Assembly: GCF_045037415.1 (NCBI RefSeq)
Contig: NZ_CP173438.1
DNA from: Escherichia coli
GTDB taxonomy: Bacteria; Pseudomonadota; Gammaproteobacteria; Enterobacterales; Enterobacteriaceae
Strand: one strand, 5' to 3'
DNA length: 64,000 nucleotides
The translations under genes and the position numbers were made by a program. Of this stretch, positions 11,934 through 23,554 are shown piece by piece. The number at the start of each line of letters is the position of its first letter. Within the stretch, counting starts at the first letter, position 1. The notes beneath the pieces were generated by a model. The model did not search any database, had not been told where the DNA came from, and saw only the letters and a list, made by a program, of their open reading frames with translations.

Positions 11934-13053
11934 CAGGCGTTGCCTCCATTAGCCTGAACTTCAACAGCCTTGACGGTCTGCCCTGAAGTGACTTTGGCAG
12001 AACCTTCAACAATCAGTCGGTCGCCGTTGTGCAGGCCGTTCAGCACCAGCCATTTATCACCATACGTTTCTCCCGTTTCGAGCGTTCGCTGCTCTACTTT
12101 ATTGTCTTTATTCACCACCAGCGCAGTTGCATTGCCTTTAGCATCGCGCGTAACGCCCTGTTGAGGCGCGAGAATAGCGTTTTCCATCACGCCTTCATCG
12201 ACACGAGCGCGAACAAACATTCCCGGTAATAACTGCTGTTGTGGATTGGGGAAAATTGCCCGTAATATCACCGAACCGGTAGACTCATCCACCGCGACTT
12301 CGGTGAGTTCCAGACGCCCTTTTTCGCTGTAGGTTGTGCCATCTTCCAGAATAAGTGAGACGCTCATGGTGTCACTGTTGGTCGCCAGTGACTGTTTACG
12401 CAGACGTAATAAATCGACACTGGAGCGAGTGAGGTCGACATACATTGTATCCAGACCACGAATAGTCGTTAACGCTGTATCCTGCGACGCGGTCACCAGT
12501 GCGCCAGGGGTTACCGACGAAATACCAATACGCCCCGAAATCGGTGCGGTTACCGTGGTCCAGTCAAGATTAATGCGCGCAGTTTCCAGTGCGGCTTTTT
12601 TCGCCTCTACACTGGCTTTATCTTGTGCACAGGTAGACTGAGCATCATCAGCATCCTGTTGTGAAACACCATTCTCTTTCACCAGTCGGGCATAACGCTG
12701 CGCTTTCTGGCAATCGGCTTTTACCAGTGCCTGTGCTTGTTGTAATGCTGCCCGGGCTTCATTCCATGCAGCCTGATAACTGGCCGCATCAATCTGGTAG
12801 AGAGGCTGTCCAGCCTTGACCAGATCACCTTCCTTAAATAAGCGTTTCTGGATAATTCCCCCAACCTGCGGACGTACTTCAGCACTGAGCGCAGCACTGG
12901 TGCGTCCGGTTAATTCACTGACTACCGAAACCGGTTGAGATTTGAGCGTAACAACGCCGACTTCTGTTTCTGACGGGGATGAATTGTTACTTTGCGTATT
13001 ATCACAACCCGATAAGAGCAGCATTGCCACTACAGATGTTGCTATATACTTCA
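11933..13053 (-). CDS. RND efflux periplasmic adaptor (membrane fusion protein, AcrA/MexA family) lipoprotein
   Basis: Start chosen at MKYIATS with GGAG Shine-Dalgarno upstream (ORF track extends to 13087); lipobox LLLSGC; stop overlaps the RND start. Confidence 0.8.
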
Positions 13054-13080
13054 TTATTTTCTCCAGGGTGAGAAATACCC

Positions 13081-13153
13081 TCCTCATTGAAATTAATGAG
13101 GATATGTCAGGGATATTCAGTTATAACGAACCCGCATCGCGAAATGAATTTCG
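13081..13153. promoter_or_regulatory. Candidate operator region upstream of the efflux operon: two perfect 7-bp-arm palindromes (CCTCATT-N6-AATGAGG at 13081-13100; GCGAAAT-N2-ATTTCGC at 13138-13153)
   Basis: Palindromes directly seen between the TetR gene and the adaptor gene start; a TetR-type operator is inferred. Confidence 0.3.
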
Positions 13154-13163
13154 CAATGAAATA

Positions 13164-13181
13164 AGGGGGATTAATATCCCC
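13164..13181 (-). terminator. Hairpin GGGGGAT-taat-ATCCCCC downstream of the TetR gene
   Basis: Perfect inverted repeat followed by a T-rich stretch on the minus strand. Confidence 0.3.
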
Positions 13182-13202
13182 CGCTATTGGTTAATTCTGT
13201 TC

Positions 13203-13769
13203 TTATTTATTTATCAACATACTAACAATATCCTGATATATTTCCTGCAGATGTTGTGGATCGCTTTTTTGCGGTGTTAAACGACGATAAACCGTACCTT
13301 CCATCATGGTAGCAAACACTTCAACGCAGCAACGAATGTGCTCGTCGCTAAGATGGGGATGCATTCTTTTCATATGTGCACAACCGTTAGCGAACATTCT
13401 GGCGTCAGCTTCTTCAAGCATTGCCATAACCCGCGGGTTGCGTGTGGCTTCTGCAGCCACTTCCAGCATCAGCGCGTCGTCGTCCTCATTTAAGGATTTA
13501 CGCAAGGCAAGGACTTCCGGGAAGTGATCGGTACGCGCGTCAATGTCCATTTGGGCAATACGAAAGTCGATGATACGGCGAACCATCTCTTCAATAATGG
13601 CGTCTTTGTTGGCGAAGTAACGATATATCTGACCCACGCTAAGCTGAGCTTCGCTGGCAATTTGCGACATACTGGCGGCATGAAATCCGCAGCGACGAAA
13701 ACACCGACGGGCGGCGTTAATGATTTCATCCTGACGCTGTTTGTGGCGTATCTCCAGCTTGCTGGTCAT
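13203..13769 (-). CDS. TetR/AcrR family transcriptional regulator, probable regulator of the adjacent efflux operon
   Basis: N-terminal helix-turn-helix signature (ASMSQIASEAQLSVGQIYRYFANKDAI); start placed at MTSKLE with AGGAG upstream (ORF track extends to 13868). Confidence 0.75.
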   Translation of the reverse strand: MTSKLEIRHKQRQDEIINAARRCFRRCGFHAASMSQIASEAQLSVGQIYRYFANKDAIIEEMVRRIIDFRIAQMDIDARTDHFPEVLALRKSLNEDDDALMLEVAAEATRNPRVMAMLEEADARMFANGCAHMKRMHPHLSDEHIRCCVEVFATMMEGTVYRRLTPQKSDPQHLQEIYQDIVSMLINK

Positions 13770-14246
13770 TTCTGTCTCCTGGCCTATCACTTGGTGAGAA
13801 TGATCATTCTCATTTTTGCTAATTATACGTTTCTCCAAAGTAATGGAAAGTATTTTTATCTTATTCATGATGCATATTCTGATAATGAAGAGATTGTGGA
13901 GATTCTGTGAAGATAGTTGACAATATTAAGTTGGAGTCAATTCATCAGAAAGACAGCGACTTGTTGTCGCCAGTTCTGTTTTCATCATTAAACTTATAGG
14001 AGCTAATACGAATAGTTTCAAAGTCAGATTCTATAAGATATTTCCCCAACCTCCCCCTTGCAGGCGTCAGGAGTAGATAACGCAAAATGCTCTGTACCGC
14101 AGCTTCTCTCCGCTACAGAAAGCGCAACTATAGCCACCCACAGCCAGGTTGATTATAATAACCGTTTATCAGTTCGTACTGTTTACTAAAACGACGAATC
14201 GCCTGATTTTCAGGCACAACAAGCATCAACAATAAGGATTAAAGCT

Positions 14247-15035
14247 ATGGGTTTTCTTTCCGGTAAGCGCATTCTGGTAACCGGTGTTGCCAGCAAACTG
14301 TCCATCGCCTACGGTATCGCTCAGGCGATGCACCGCGAAGGAGCTGAACTGGCATTCACCTACCAGAACGACAAACTGAAAGGCCGCGTAGAAGAATTTG
14401 CCGCTCAATTGGGTTCTGACATCGTTCTGCAGTGCGATGTTGCCGAAGATACCAGCATCGACACCATGTTCGCTGAACTGGGGAAAGTTTGGCCGAAATT
14501 TGACGGTTTCGTACACTCTATTGGTTTTGCACCTGGCGATCAGCTGGATGGTGACTATGTTAACGCCGTTACTCGTGAAGGCTTCAAAATTGCCCACGAC
14601 ATCAGCTCCTACAGCTTCGTTGCAATGGCAAAAGCTTGCCGCTCCATGCTGAATCCGGGTTCTGCCCTGCTGACCCTTTCCTACCTTGGCGCTGAGCGCG
14701 CTATCCCGAATTACAACGTTATGGGTCTGGCAAAAGCGTCTCTGGAAGCGAACGTGCGCTATATGGCGAACGCGATGGGTCCGGAAGGTGTGCGTGTTAA
14801 CGCCATCTCTGCTGGTCCGATCCGTACTCTGGCGGCTTCCGGTATCAAAGACTTCCGCAAAATGCTGGCTCATTGCGAAGCCGTTACCCCGATTCGCCGT
14901 ACCGTTACTATTGAAGATGTGGGTAACTCCGCGGCATTCCTGTGCTCCGATCTCTCTGCCGGTATCTCCGGTGAAGTGGTCCACGTTGACGGCGGTTTCA
15001 GCATCGCTGCAATGAACGAACTCGAACTGAAATAA
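14247..15035 (+). CDS. fabI: Enoyl-ACP reductase (NADH) FabI
   Basis: 262-aa ORF recognised as E. coli FabI ([28 protein letters not shown]...). Confidence 0.95.
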   Translation: MGFLSGKRILVTGVASKLSIAYGIAQAMHREGAELAFTYQNDKLKGRVEEFAAQLGSDIVLQCDVAEDTSIDTMFAELGKVWPKFDGFVHSIGFAPGDQLDGDYVNAVTREGFKIAHDISSYSFVAMAKACRSMLNPGSALLTLSYLGAERAIPNYNVMGLAKASLEANVRYMANAMGPEGVRVNAISAGPIRTLAASGIKDFRKMLAHCEAVTPIRRTVTIEDVGNSAAFLCSDLSAGISGEVVHVDGGFSIAAMNELELK

Positions 15036-15179
15036 TCGTTCTGTTGGTAAATATTGGGCGGCGTTCTGCCGCCCGTTATCTCTGTTATACCTTTCTGATA
15101 TTTGTTATCGCCGATCCGTCTTTCTCCCCTTCCCGCCTTGCGTCAGGATAACGATTTCCTTTACGACCAAGGAGCGCCC

Positions 15180-16307
15180 ATGGAACAACGCCACATCACC
15201 GGCAAAAGCCACTGGTATCATGAAACGCAATCCAGTACTGCGGAGTATGACGTTCTGCCTCTGGTCCCGGAAGCCGCAAAGGTCAGCGATCCCTTTCTGC
15301 TCGACGTGATCCTTGATGAAGAAACGCTGGCCCCCTTCCTTTCATGGCTGGTCCCTGCGCGCGTTCTTGCAGTGGAGTTGTTCCCTGACCCGCTTACCGT
15401 GACTCGTTCACAGACCTTCACCGCTTATGAACGCTTGTCGACGGCCCTGACGGTTGCTCAGGTTTGCGGCGTCCAACGGTTATGTAACTACTATTCTGCG
15501 CGACTTACGCCGCTCCCCGGGCCTGATTCCTCCAGGGAAAGTAATCATCGGTTGGCACAAATCACGCAATATGCCCGCCAACTGGCTAGCTCGCCTTCTA
15601 TTATCGACAACCGATCGCGCCAGCATCTGAATGACGTTGGTCTTACTGTCTGTGACTGTGTGATCATTAACCAAATCATTGGTTTTATTGGCTTTCAGGC
15701 GCGGACCATTGCGACATTTCAGGCTTATCTCGGGCATCCAGTACGCTGGTTACCCGGGCTGGAGATACAAAACTACGCCGACGCGTCACTGTTTGCTGAT
15801 GAATCATTACGCTGGCGAAGCAGCTATGAGGTGGAAAAACTCCCTGAAGAGCACACAAAAAGTTCAACTGCAGAACTTTGCCAACTGGCCAACACACTCT
15901 CTCTCCACCCTATTTCACTTTCCCTTCTCGAAAAGTTGTTAAACAGCACACGGGTCAATACACAGCCGGATAATCAGCTTGCGGCGTTGTTATGCGCGCG
16001 GATAAATGGCAGTCCTGCTTGTTTTGCCGCCTGTATGAATTCATCAAATGAATATAAAAAAATCAGCCCCCTTCTGCGCAAGGGCGAAAATGAAATTAAC
16101 CGATGGGCTGACCGTCATTCTGTTGAGCGCGCTACCGTTCAGGCGATACAATGGCTGACCCGAGCACCCGATCGCTTTAGCGCCGCCCAGTTCAGCCCAT
16201 TACTCGAACACGAAAAATCATCAACGCAGATTATTAATCTGCTAGTATGGAGCGGGCTGTGTGGCTGGATAAATCGCTTAAAAATCGCGTTGGGTGAGAC
16301 ATATTAA
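15180..16307 (+). CDS. yciW: YciW, predicted oxidoreductase-family protein
   Basis: ORF between fabI and rnb as in K-12; start placed at the internal Met (MEQRH); the longest ORF starts at 15102. Confidence 0.7.
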   Translation: MEQRHITGKSHWYHETQSSTAEYDVLPLVPEAAKVSDPFLLDVILDEETLAPFLSWLVPARVLAVELFPDPLTVTRSQTFTAYERLSTALTVAQVCGVQRLCNYYSARLTPLPGPDSSRESNHRLAQITQYARQLASSPSIIDNRSRQHLNDVGLTVCDCVIINQIIGFIGFQARTIATFQAYLGHPVRWLPGLEIQNYADASLFADESLRWRSSYEVEKLPEEHTKSSTAELCQLANTLSLHPISLSLLEKLLNSTRVNTQPDNQLAALLCARINGSPACFAACMNSSNEYKKISPLLRKGENEINRWADRHSVERATVQAIQWLTRAPDRFSAAQFSPLLEHEKSSTQIINLLVWSGLCGWINRLKIALGETY

Positions 16308-16374
16308 CCTTGCCGCGTCAGACAGATTCGCGTAAAACTGTCAGCCGCTCTAATGGCCACCAAAATAGACAATT

Positions 16375-18309
16375 ATGTTTCAGGACAACCCGCTGCTAGC
16401 GCAGCTTAAACAGCAACTGCATTCCCAGACGCCACGCGCTGAAGGGGTGGTAAAAGCCACAGAAAAAGGCTTTGGCTTCCTGGAAGTCGACGCGCAAAAA
16501 AGTTATTTCATTCCGCCGCCGCAGATGAAAAAAGTCATGCATGGCGACCGAATTATCGCGGTGATCCACAGTGAAAAAGAACGTGAATCCGCAGAGCCAG
16601 AAGAACTGGTTGAACCGTTCCTGACTCGTTTCGTGGGTAAAGTTCAGGGCAAAAATGACCGTCTGGCCATCGTTCCTGACCATCCACTCTTAAAAGACGC
16701 CATTCCTTGCCGCGCAGCCCGTGGCCTGAACCACGAGTTTAAAGAAGGTGACTGGGCGGTTGCCGAAATGCGCCGTCATCCGCTGAAAGGCGATCGTTCT
16801 TTCTATGCTGAACTGACACAATACATCACTTTTGGTGACGATCACTTTGTACCGTGGTGGGTTACCCTTGCGCGTCATAATCTGGAAAAAGAAGCACCAG
16901 ACGGCGTTGCTACCGAAATGCTCGATGAAGGTCTGGTTCGTGAAGATCTGACTGCGCTGGATTTTGTCACCATCGACAGTGCCAGCACAGAAGATATGGA
17001 TGACGCCCTTTTCGCCAAGGCGTTACCGGATGGCAAACTTCAGCTGATTGTGGCGATTGCCGATCCAACCGCGTGGATTGCTGAAGGCAGCAAGCTGGAC
17101 AAAGCCGCGAAAATTCGCGCATTCACCAACTATCTGCCTGGCTTCAACATCCCTATGCTGCCTCGCGAGCTTTCTGACGATCTCTGCTCACTGCGCGCCA
17201 ATGAAGTCCGCCCGGTACTGGCATGCCGCATGACGCTCTCCACTGATGGCACCATTGAAGATAATATCGAATTCTTTGCCGCCACCATCGAATCCAAAGC
17301 GAAGCTGGTGTATGACCAGGTTTCTGACTGGCTGGAAAATACCGGTGACTGGCAGCCTGAAAGCGAAGCAATTGCCGAACAAGTCCGTTTGCTAGCACAA
17401 ATTTGCCAACGCCGCGGCGAGTGGCGTCATAACCACGCACTGGTGTTTAAAGATCGCCCGGATTACCGCTTTATTCTCGGTGAAAAAGGTGAAGTGCTGG
17501 ATATCGTCGCCGAGCCTCGTCGCATTGCCAACCGTATCGTCGAAGAAGCGATGATTGCCGCTAACATTTGTGCGGCCCGCGTACTGCGCGATAAGCTCGG
17601 TTTTGGCATCTATAACGTGCATATGGGCTTTGATCCGGCGAATGCCGACGCGCTGGCAGCGTTGCTGAAAACGCACGGTCTGCATGTCGATGCTGAAGAA
17701 GTGCTCACGCTGGACGGTTTCTGCAAACTGCGTCGTGAACTGGATGCGCAACCAACTGGTTTCCTCGACAGCCGCATTCGTCGCTTCCAGTCATTTGCTG
17801 AAATTAGCACTGAACCCGGTCCTCACTTTGGCCTCGGTCTGGAAGCATACGCCACTTGGACTTCGCCGATCCGTAAATATGGCGACATGATCAACCACCG
17901 TCTGCTGAAAGCGGTTATCAAAGGCGAAACTGCGACGCGTCCACAGGATGAAATCACTGTCCAAATGGCCGAGCGTCGCCGTCTCAACCGGATGGCAGAA
18001 CGTGATGTTGGCGACTGGTTATACGCACGCTTCCTGAAAGACAAAGCCGGGACCGACACCCGTTTCGCGGCGGAAATTGTCGATATCAGCCGTGGCGGCA
18101 TGCGTGTTCGTTTGGTTGATAACGGCGCTATCGCCTTTATTCCAGCACCTTTCTTACACGCTGTGCGCGATGAACTGGTTTGCAGCCAGGAAAACGGCAC
18201 TGTACAAATTAAAGGTGAAACGGCTTACAAAGTGACTGACGTTATTGACGTCACCATTGCCGAAGTCCGCATGGAAACCCGCAGCATTATTGCGCGCCCA
18301 GTCGCGTAA
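16375..18309 (+). CDS. rnb: Exoribonuclease II (RNase II)
   Basis: 644-aa ORF with RNB-family features and an S1-like C-terminus, in the K-12 position. Confidence 0.9.
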   Translation: MFQDNPLLAQLKQQLHSQTPRAEGVVKATEKGFGFLEVDAQKSYFIPPPQMKKVMHGDRIIAVIHSEKERESAEPEELVEPFLTRFVGKVQGKNDRLAIVPDHPLLKDAIPCRAARGLNHEFKEGDWAVAEMRRHPLKGDRSFYAELTQYITFGDDHFVPWWVTLARHNLEKEAPDGVATEMLDEGLVREDLTALDFVTIDSASTEDMDDALFAKALPDGKLQLIVAIADPTAWIAEGSKLDKAAKIRAFTNYLPGFNIPMLPRELSDDLCSLRANEVRPVLACRMTLSTDGTIEDNIEFFAATIESKAKLVYDQVSDWLENTGDWQPESEAIAEQVRLLAQICQRRGEWRHNHALVFKDRPDYRFILGEKGEVLDIVAEPRRIANRIVEEAMIAANICAARVLRDKLGFGIYNVHMGFDPANADALAALLKTHGLHVDAEEVLTLDGFCKLRRELDAQPTGFLDSRIRRFQSFAEISTEPGPHFGLGLEAYATWTSPIRKYGDMINHRLLKAVIKGETATRPQDEITVQMAERRRLNRMAERDVGDWLYARFLKDKAGTDTRFAAEIVDISRGGMRVRLVDNGAIAFIPAPFLHAVRDELVCSQENGTVQIKGETAYKVTDVIDVTIAEVRMETRSIIARPVA

Positions 18310-18319
18310 TCTCCTTTCA

Positions 18320-18350
18320 CGGCCCATTCCTCATGGATGGGCCGTTTATT
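18320..18350 (+). terminator. Rho-independent terminator downstream of rnb
   Basis: Hairpin cggcccat-tcctca-tggatgggccg followed by TTTATTT. Confidence 0.6.
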
Positions 18351-18542
18351 TCCCCGCTCAACCTTCGTCATATCCCGGCAGATTTTTAACTGACTTTCGT
18401 TTGAAAACTGGCGTTTTTCCAAAACTGGATTACAAATAAATATATAAAAAAACAATGTGTTTAGCCGCCGTTAATTTCATGTAAGTCATGTTGTTCCTTT
18501 TATTTAACTGCGGACTCCGCTGTTAACCGGAGGATATGCATC

Positions 18543-20528
18543 ATGAAAACCGTTAGGGAGTCCACAACGTTGTACAACTTTCTCGGATCGCACAATCCAT
18601 ACTGGCGGTTGACGGAAAGCAGCGATGTTTTGCGCTTTTCTACCACCGAAATCACAGAACCCGATCGTATTTTGCAACTATCTGCCGAACAGGCTGCTCG
18701 CATCAGGGAAATGACGGTCATCACCTCCAGCCTGATGATGAGTCTGACCGTCGATGAAAGCGATCTTTCTGTGCATCTGGTAGGACGAAAAATCAATAAA
18801 CGAGAATGGGGAGGCAACGCGTCTGCATGGCATGACACACCGGCGGTTGCTCGTGATTTATCACATGGGCTTTCCTTTGCTGAGCAGGTAGTTTCTGAAG
18901 CACATTCCGCAATAGTGATTCTCGACAGCCGGGGGAATATCCAGCGCTTTAATCGGTTATGTGAAGATTACACAGGCTTGAAAGAACACGACGTCATTGG
19001 GCAAAGCGTGTTTAAACTGTTTATGAGTCGTCGTGAAGCTGCGGCATCCAGGCGCAATAACCGTGTATTTTTTCGAAGCGGCAATGCATATGAAGTCGAA
19101 CTGTGGATACCAACACGTAAAGGCCAGCGGCTGTTTCTGTTTCGCAATAAATTTGTCCACAGCGGCAGTGGCAAAAACGAGATTTTTTTAATCTGTTCCG
19201 GCACCGACATTACCGAAGAGCGCCGCGCTCAGGAGCGACTGCGTATTCTGGCAAATACCGACAGTATCACCGGACTGCCGAATCGTAACGCAATGCAGGA
19301 GTTAATCGATCACGCTATTAATCAGGCAGATAACAATAAAGTTGGGGTTGTGTATCTTGATTTGGATAATTTTAAAAAGGTCAACGACGCCTATGGGCAT
19401 TTGTTTGGTGACCAGTTATTACGCGACGTGTCATTGGCTATTTTAAGCTGTCTCGAACATGACCAGGTATTGGCGCGTCCAGGTGGCGATGAGTTTCTGG
19501 TACTGGCATCCAATACCTCACAAAGCGCGCTGGAAGCAATGGCATCACGAATTTTGACCCGCTTACGGCTCCCCTTTCGCATTGGTTTAATTGAAGTTTA
19601 TACCAGCTGTTCAGTAGGTATTTCACTCTCTCCCGAACATGGTTCGGACAGCGCGGCTATTATTCGTCACGCCGACACAGCAATGTACACAGCGAAGGAA
19701 GGCGGACGAGGACAATTTTGCGTTTTTACCCCAGAAATGAATCAGAGGGTATTTGAATATCTCTGGCTGGATACCAACTTGCGTAAAGCACTGGAAAACG
19801 ATCAGTTGGTTATTCACTATCAACCGAAAATCACCTGGCGTGGTGAAGTGCGCAGTCTGGAAGCACTAGTACGTTGGCAGTCACCTGAACGTGGGTTGAT
19901 TCCACCGTTGGACTTCATTTCCTACGCCGAAGAATCAGGGCTAATTGTGCCTTTAGGCCGTTGGGTGATTCTCGATGTCGTACGCCAGGTAGCGAAGTGG
20001 CGGGATAAAGGCATTAACCTGCGAGTAGCGGTAAATATTTCTGCACGTCAGCTCGCCGATCAAACCATTTTCACCGCCCTGAAACAGGTTCTCCAGGAAC
20101 TCAATTTTGAATACTGCCCTATAGATGTTGAACTGACGGAGAGCTGCCTGATTGAGAATGATGAACTGGCACTGTCTGTTATTCAACAATTTAGCCGATT
20201 AGGTGCGCAAGTTCATCTGGACGATTTTGGTACCGGCTACTCTTCACTTTCGCAACTGGCGCGCTTTCCGATCGATGCCATCAAACTTGACCAGGTTTTT
20301 GTTCGGGATATTCACAAACAGCCTGTCTCGCAATCACTGGTCCGGGCGATCGTCGCTGTGGCCCAGGCATTGAATCTTCAGGTGATCGCCGAAGGTGTAG
20401 AAAGTGCAAAGGAAGATGCTTTTTTAACCAAGAACGGGATCAATGAGCGACAAGGATTTTTGTTTGCCAAACCGATGCCCGCCGTCGCCTTCGAACGCTG
20501 GTATAAACGCTATCTGAAGCGCGCATAA
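18543..20528 (+). CDS. pdeR: Cyclic-di-GMP phosphodiesterase PdeR (YciR/Gmr), PAS-GGDEF-EAL protein
   Basis: 661 aa; degenerate GGDEF region and EAL-domain motifs (EALVRW, QPK, DDFGTGYSS). Confidence 0.85.
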   Translation: MKTVRESTTLYNFLGSHNPYWRLTESSDVLRFSTTEITEPDRILQLSAEQAARIREMTVITSSLMMSLTVDESDLSVHLVGRKINKREWGGNASAWHDTPAVARDLSHGLSFAEQVVSEAHSAIVILDSRGNIQRFNRLCEDYTGLKEHDVIGQSVFKLFMSRREAAASRRNNRVFFRSGNAYEVELWIPTRKGQRLFLFRNKFVHSGSGKNEIFLICSGTDITEERRAQERLRILANTDSITGLPNRNAMQELIDHAINQADNNKVGVVYLDLDNFKKVNDAYGHLFGDQLLRDVSLAILSCLEHDQVLARPGGDEFLVLASNTSQSALEAMASRILTRLRLPFRIGLIEVYTSCSVGISLSPEHGSDSAAIIRHADTAMYTAKEGGRGQFCVFTPEMNQRVFEYLWLDTNLRKALENDQLVIHYQPKITWRGEVRSLEALVRWQSPERGLIPPLDFISYAEESGLIVPLGRWVILDVVRQVAKWRDKGINLRVAVNISARQLADQTIFTALKQVLQELNFEYCPIDVELTESCLIENDELALSVIQQFSRLGAQVHLDDFGTGYSSLSQLARFPIDAIKLDQVFVRDIHKQPVSQSLVRAIVAVAQALNLQVIAEGVESAKEDAFLTKNGINERQGFLFAKPMPAVAFERWYKRYLKRA

Positions 20529-20666
20529 GTAGATGAATATATATACTTAGCGCTATATTCCGTCATTATATATCGTATTCCCGGATGATAATTAGCCGTT
20601 GCTGTTAAACCCTTCTCTTTTAGCGGCAATTTTTGCATTATTCATTTTCCCCCTTTTGCTATAAGG

Positions 20667-20849
20667 ATGTCCTTGATGTCTGAATTTGATGCCCAGCGCG
20701 TTGCCGAACGTATTGATATTGTGTTAGATATCCTTGTGGCAGGCGATTACCACTCTGCGATCCATAATCTCGAGATACTTAAAGCAGAACTCTTGCGCCA
20801 GGTTGCTGAATCTACGCCAGACATCCCGAAGGCACCGTGGGAGATTTAA
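20667..20849 (+). CDS. yciZ: Small protein, YciZ-like
   Basis: 60-aa ORF between pdeR and yciT; the true start may be the Met at 20676. Confidence 0.55.
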
Positions 20850-20937
20850 CAATCGTGCCTTCAGGTTTTCCTATTTGAGGATGCCGGCGCGTCAGTATTT
20901 TTTTATTTAGTATTATAACGTTATAAGAATTACAGCG

Positions 20938-21687
20938 ATGAATTCCCGACAACAAACTATTCTACAGATGGTCATTGACCAGGGTCAGGTTAGCGTAACC
21001 GATCTGGCAAAAGCCACTGGAGTTTCTGAAGTTACCATTCGCCAGGATCTCAACACCCTCGAAAAACTGAGTTACCTCCGACGTGCACATGGTTTTGCAG
21101 TTTCGCTTGATAGTGATGACGTCGAAACCCGTATGATGAGCAACTATACGCTGAAGCGTGAACTCGCCGAGTTTGCCGCGTCACTGGTTCAACCGGGCGA
21201 AACCATCTTTATCGAAAATGGTAGCAGCAATGCCCTGCTCGCCCGGACTCTGGGCGAGCAGAAGAAAAATGTCACTATCATCACGGTCAGCAGCTACATC
21301 GCGCATTTGCTGAAAGACGCGCCTTGTGAAGTCATTTTGCTCGGTGGCGTGTACCAGAAAAAAAGCGAAAGTATGGTTGGCCCTTTGACACGCCAGTGCA
21401 TCCAACAGGTGCATTTCAGCAAAGCATTTATTGGTATTGATGGCTGGCAACCTGAAACTGGGTTTACCGGTCGCGATATGATGCGTACCGATGTGGTCAA
21501 TGCCGTGCTGGAAAAAGAGTGCGAGGCGATAGTCCTGACCGACAGCTCGAAATTTGGTGCTGTACATTCATACTCCATCGGCCCCGTTGAGCGATTCAAT
21601 CGCGTGATTACCGATTCGAAAATACGCGCCAGCGATCTGATGCATCTTGAACAAAGTAAACTCACCGTTCACGTCGTTGACATTTAA
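20938..21687 (+). CDS. yciT: DeoR-family transcriptional regulator YciT
   Basis: 249 aa with an N-terminal DeoR-type helix-turn-helix ([21 protein letters not shown]). Confidence 0.85.
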   Translation: MNSRQQTILQMVIDQGQVSVTDLAKATGVSEVTIRQDLNTLEKLSYLRRAHGFAVSLDSDDVETRMMSNYTLKRELAEFAASLVQPGETIFIENGSSNALLARTLGEQKKNVTIITVSSYIAHLLKDAPCEVILLGGVYQKKSESMVGPLTRQCIQQVHFSKAFIGIDGWQPETGFTGRDMMRTDVVNAVLEKECEAIVLTDSSKFGAVHSYSIGPVERFNRVITDSKIRASDLMHLEQSKLTVHVVDI

Positions 21688-21955
21688 CCATTTCCCTTCT
21701 CTACGGATGATTTGCAGTTTGGCAAATCATCCGCTCTAAGATGATTCCTGGTTGATAATTAAGACTATTTACCTGTTATTAACACTCTCAAGATATAAAA
21801 TTATTATCAGCGATATAACAGGAAGTCATTATCACCTGCGTGATATAACCCTGCGCGCGAGCGGATTTCACGGAATAATTTCACCTGGCTTATTCTTAGC
21901 TATTATAGTTATAGAGAGCTTACTTCCGTGAATCATAAATTCAGGAGAGAGTATT

Positions 21956-22174
21956 ATGTTTGTAACGAGCAAAAAAATGACCGCGGCTGTTCTGGCAATT
22001 ACCCTGGCAATGTCTCTGAGTGCCTGTTCTAACTGGTCTAAACGGGACCGCAACACCGCAATCGGCGCAGGTGCAGGGGCATTAGGCGGTGCAGTACTGA
22101 CCGATGGCAGTACGTTGGGTACATTAGGTGGTGCAGCCGTCGGTGGTGTTATTGGTCACCAGGTCGGTAAATAA
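21956..22174 (+). CDS. osmB: Osmotically inducible lipoprotein OsmB
   Basis: 72 aa, lipobox LSAC, Gly-rich repeats GAGAGALGGA. Confidence 0.9.
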   Translation: MFVTSKKMTAAVLAITLAMSLSACSNWSKRDRNTAIGAGAGALGGAVLTDGSTLGTLGGAAVGGVIGHQVGK

Positions 22175-22269
22175 TCGTAAATAAATGTCGATTATCGACT
22201 CGCAATTATAATACGCTTGATTCTGTTCAGTACGAAATAACTGAATAATACACACAGTAAAATATTCGA

Positions 22270-22297
22270 AAGCCACGGATATATCCGTGGCTTTTTA
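22270..22297. terminator. Bidirectional terminator hairpin between osmB and yciH
   Basis: Inverted repeat agccacggat-atatccgtggct followed by TTTTT. Confidence 0.6.
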
Positions 22298-22299
22298 TG

Positions 22300-22629
22300 T
22301 TAGCCGCCTGCAAGTTTTACCTTCATCCCTTTCGCTTCAAGCATTGATTTTAATAAATCACGCTTATCGCCCTGGATTTCAATAATTCCATCTTTTACTG
22401 CTCCGCCGCAGCCGCATTTTTTCTTCAGTTCAGCTGCCAGTTTCGTCAGTTCGGCATCATCGAGATCGACACCGGTAATCAGGCAAACGCCCTTACCTTT
22501 GCGTCCACTGGTCTGACGCTGAATACGCACCACACCGTCGCCTTTAGGGCGTACAGGGGCCGCTTTTGGCTCATCAATACGTCCGGTTTCCGTTGAGTAG
22601 ACCAGACGGCTGTTGGAATCACTCATCAT
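22300..22629 (-). CDS. yciH: SUI1-family translation initiation factor homologue YciH
   Basis: 109-aa ORF overlapping the pyrF stop, as in the K-12 pyrF-yciH operon. Confidence 0.85.
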   Translation of the reverse strand: MMSDSNSRLVYSTETGRIDEPKAAPVRPKGDGVVRIQRQTSGRKGKGVCLITGVDLDDAELTKLAAELKKKCGCGGAVKDGIIEIQGDKRDLLKSMLEAKGMKVKLAGG

Positions 22630-23363
22630 GCACTCCGCTGTAAAGAGGCGTTGATCGCTTTCAGCGTCTGCGCTGGATCTACCGATTGCGTTACCGGGCG
22701 ACCAATCACCATATAATCAACACCAGCCGCCAACGCCTGTTCTGGCGTCATAATGCGGCGCTGGTCGCCAGCATCACTCCCCTGCGGACGAATGCCCGGC
22801 GTAACCAGTTTGAACTCCTGACCGAATACCTGTTTAAAGCGCACAGCTTCCTGAGCAGAACACACCACACCATCAAGGCCACATTTTTGCGTCAGTGCCG
22901 CCAGACGTTCTGCATAATCTGCAGGTGACAGTGTCACGCCAAGATCGGCCAGGTCGCAGGCTTCCATGCTGGTCAACACTGTCACAGCAATCAAAAGCGG
23001 TGCATCTTTGCCAAACGGAACCAGTGCCTCACGCGCTGCGGCCATCATACGCGCCCCACCGGAGGCATGAACATTCACCATCCACACGCCTAAGTCAGCC
23101 GCAGCAGCGACAGCGTGCGCTGCAGTGTTGGGAATATCGTGGAATTTCAGGTCAAGAAAGATATCAAAATCACGCTGTTGAAGTTCGCGCACAAACTGTG
23201 GCCCAAACAATGTAAACATCTCTTTGCCGACCTTCAGACGACAATCGCGTGGGTCGATCTTGTCGACAAAGGCCAGCGCGGCATCGCGATTATGATAATC
23301 AAGGGCAACAACTACAGGAGAATTCGTAACAGCGCGGGAAGAAGATGAAGCAGTTAACGTCAT
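22626..23363 (-). CDS. pyrF: Orotidine-5'-phosphate decarboxylase PyrF
   Basis: Start placed at MTLTASSS (245 aa); the ORF track extends to 23423. Confidence 0.9.
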   Translation of the reverse strand: MTLTASSSSRAVTNSPVVVALDYHNRDAALAFVDKIDPRDCRLKVGKEMFTLFGPQFVRELQQRDFDIFLDLKFHDIPNTAAHAVAAAADLGVWMVNVHASGGARMMAAAREALVPFGKDAPLLIAVTVLTSMEACDLADLGVTLSPADYAERLAALTQKCGLDGVVCSAQEAVRFKQVFGQEFKLVTPGIRPQGSDAGDQRRIMTPEQALAAGVDYMVIGRPVTQSVDPAQTLKAINASLQRSA

Positions 23364-23554
23364 GACCAGACCTTCTTGATGATGGGCACCGGAAGTGGCG
23401 CGAAACAGGTAAACGGCGAGCATTCTACCCGTGGAAATAAAAAATTAACAGTTGCGATTTCTCCTCTGGCAGGCTTTTCCGCGCCGTCGGTACCGGAACA
23501 CAATAGAAGATCAATAATTAGTATGTTGTAACTAAAGTCGGATTTTTTTAAAAA

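Noticed and set aside
14226-14984. 252-aa minus-strand ORF covering fabI
   Set aside because: Antisense to fabI with a low-complexity translation; spurious.
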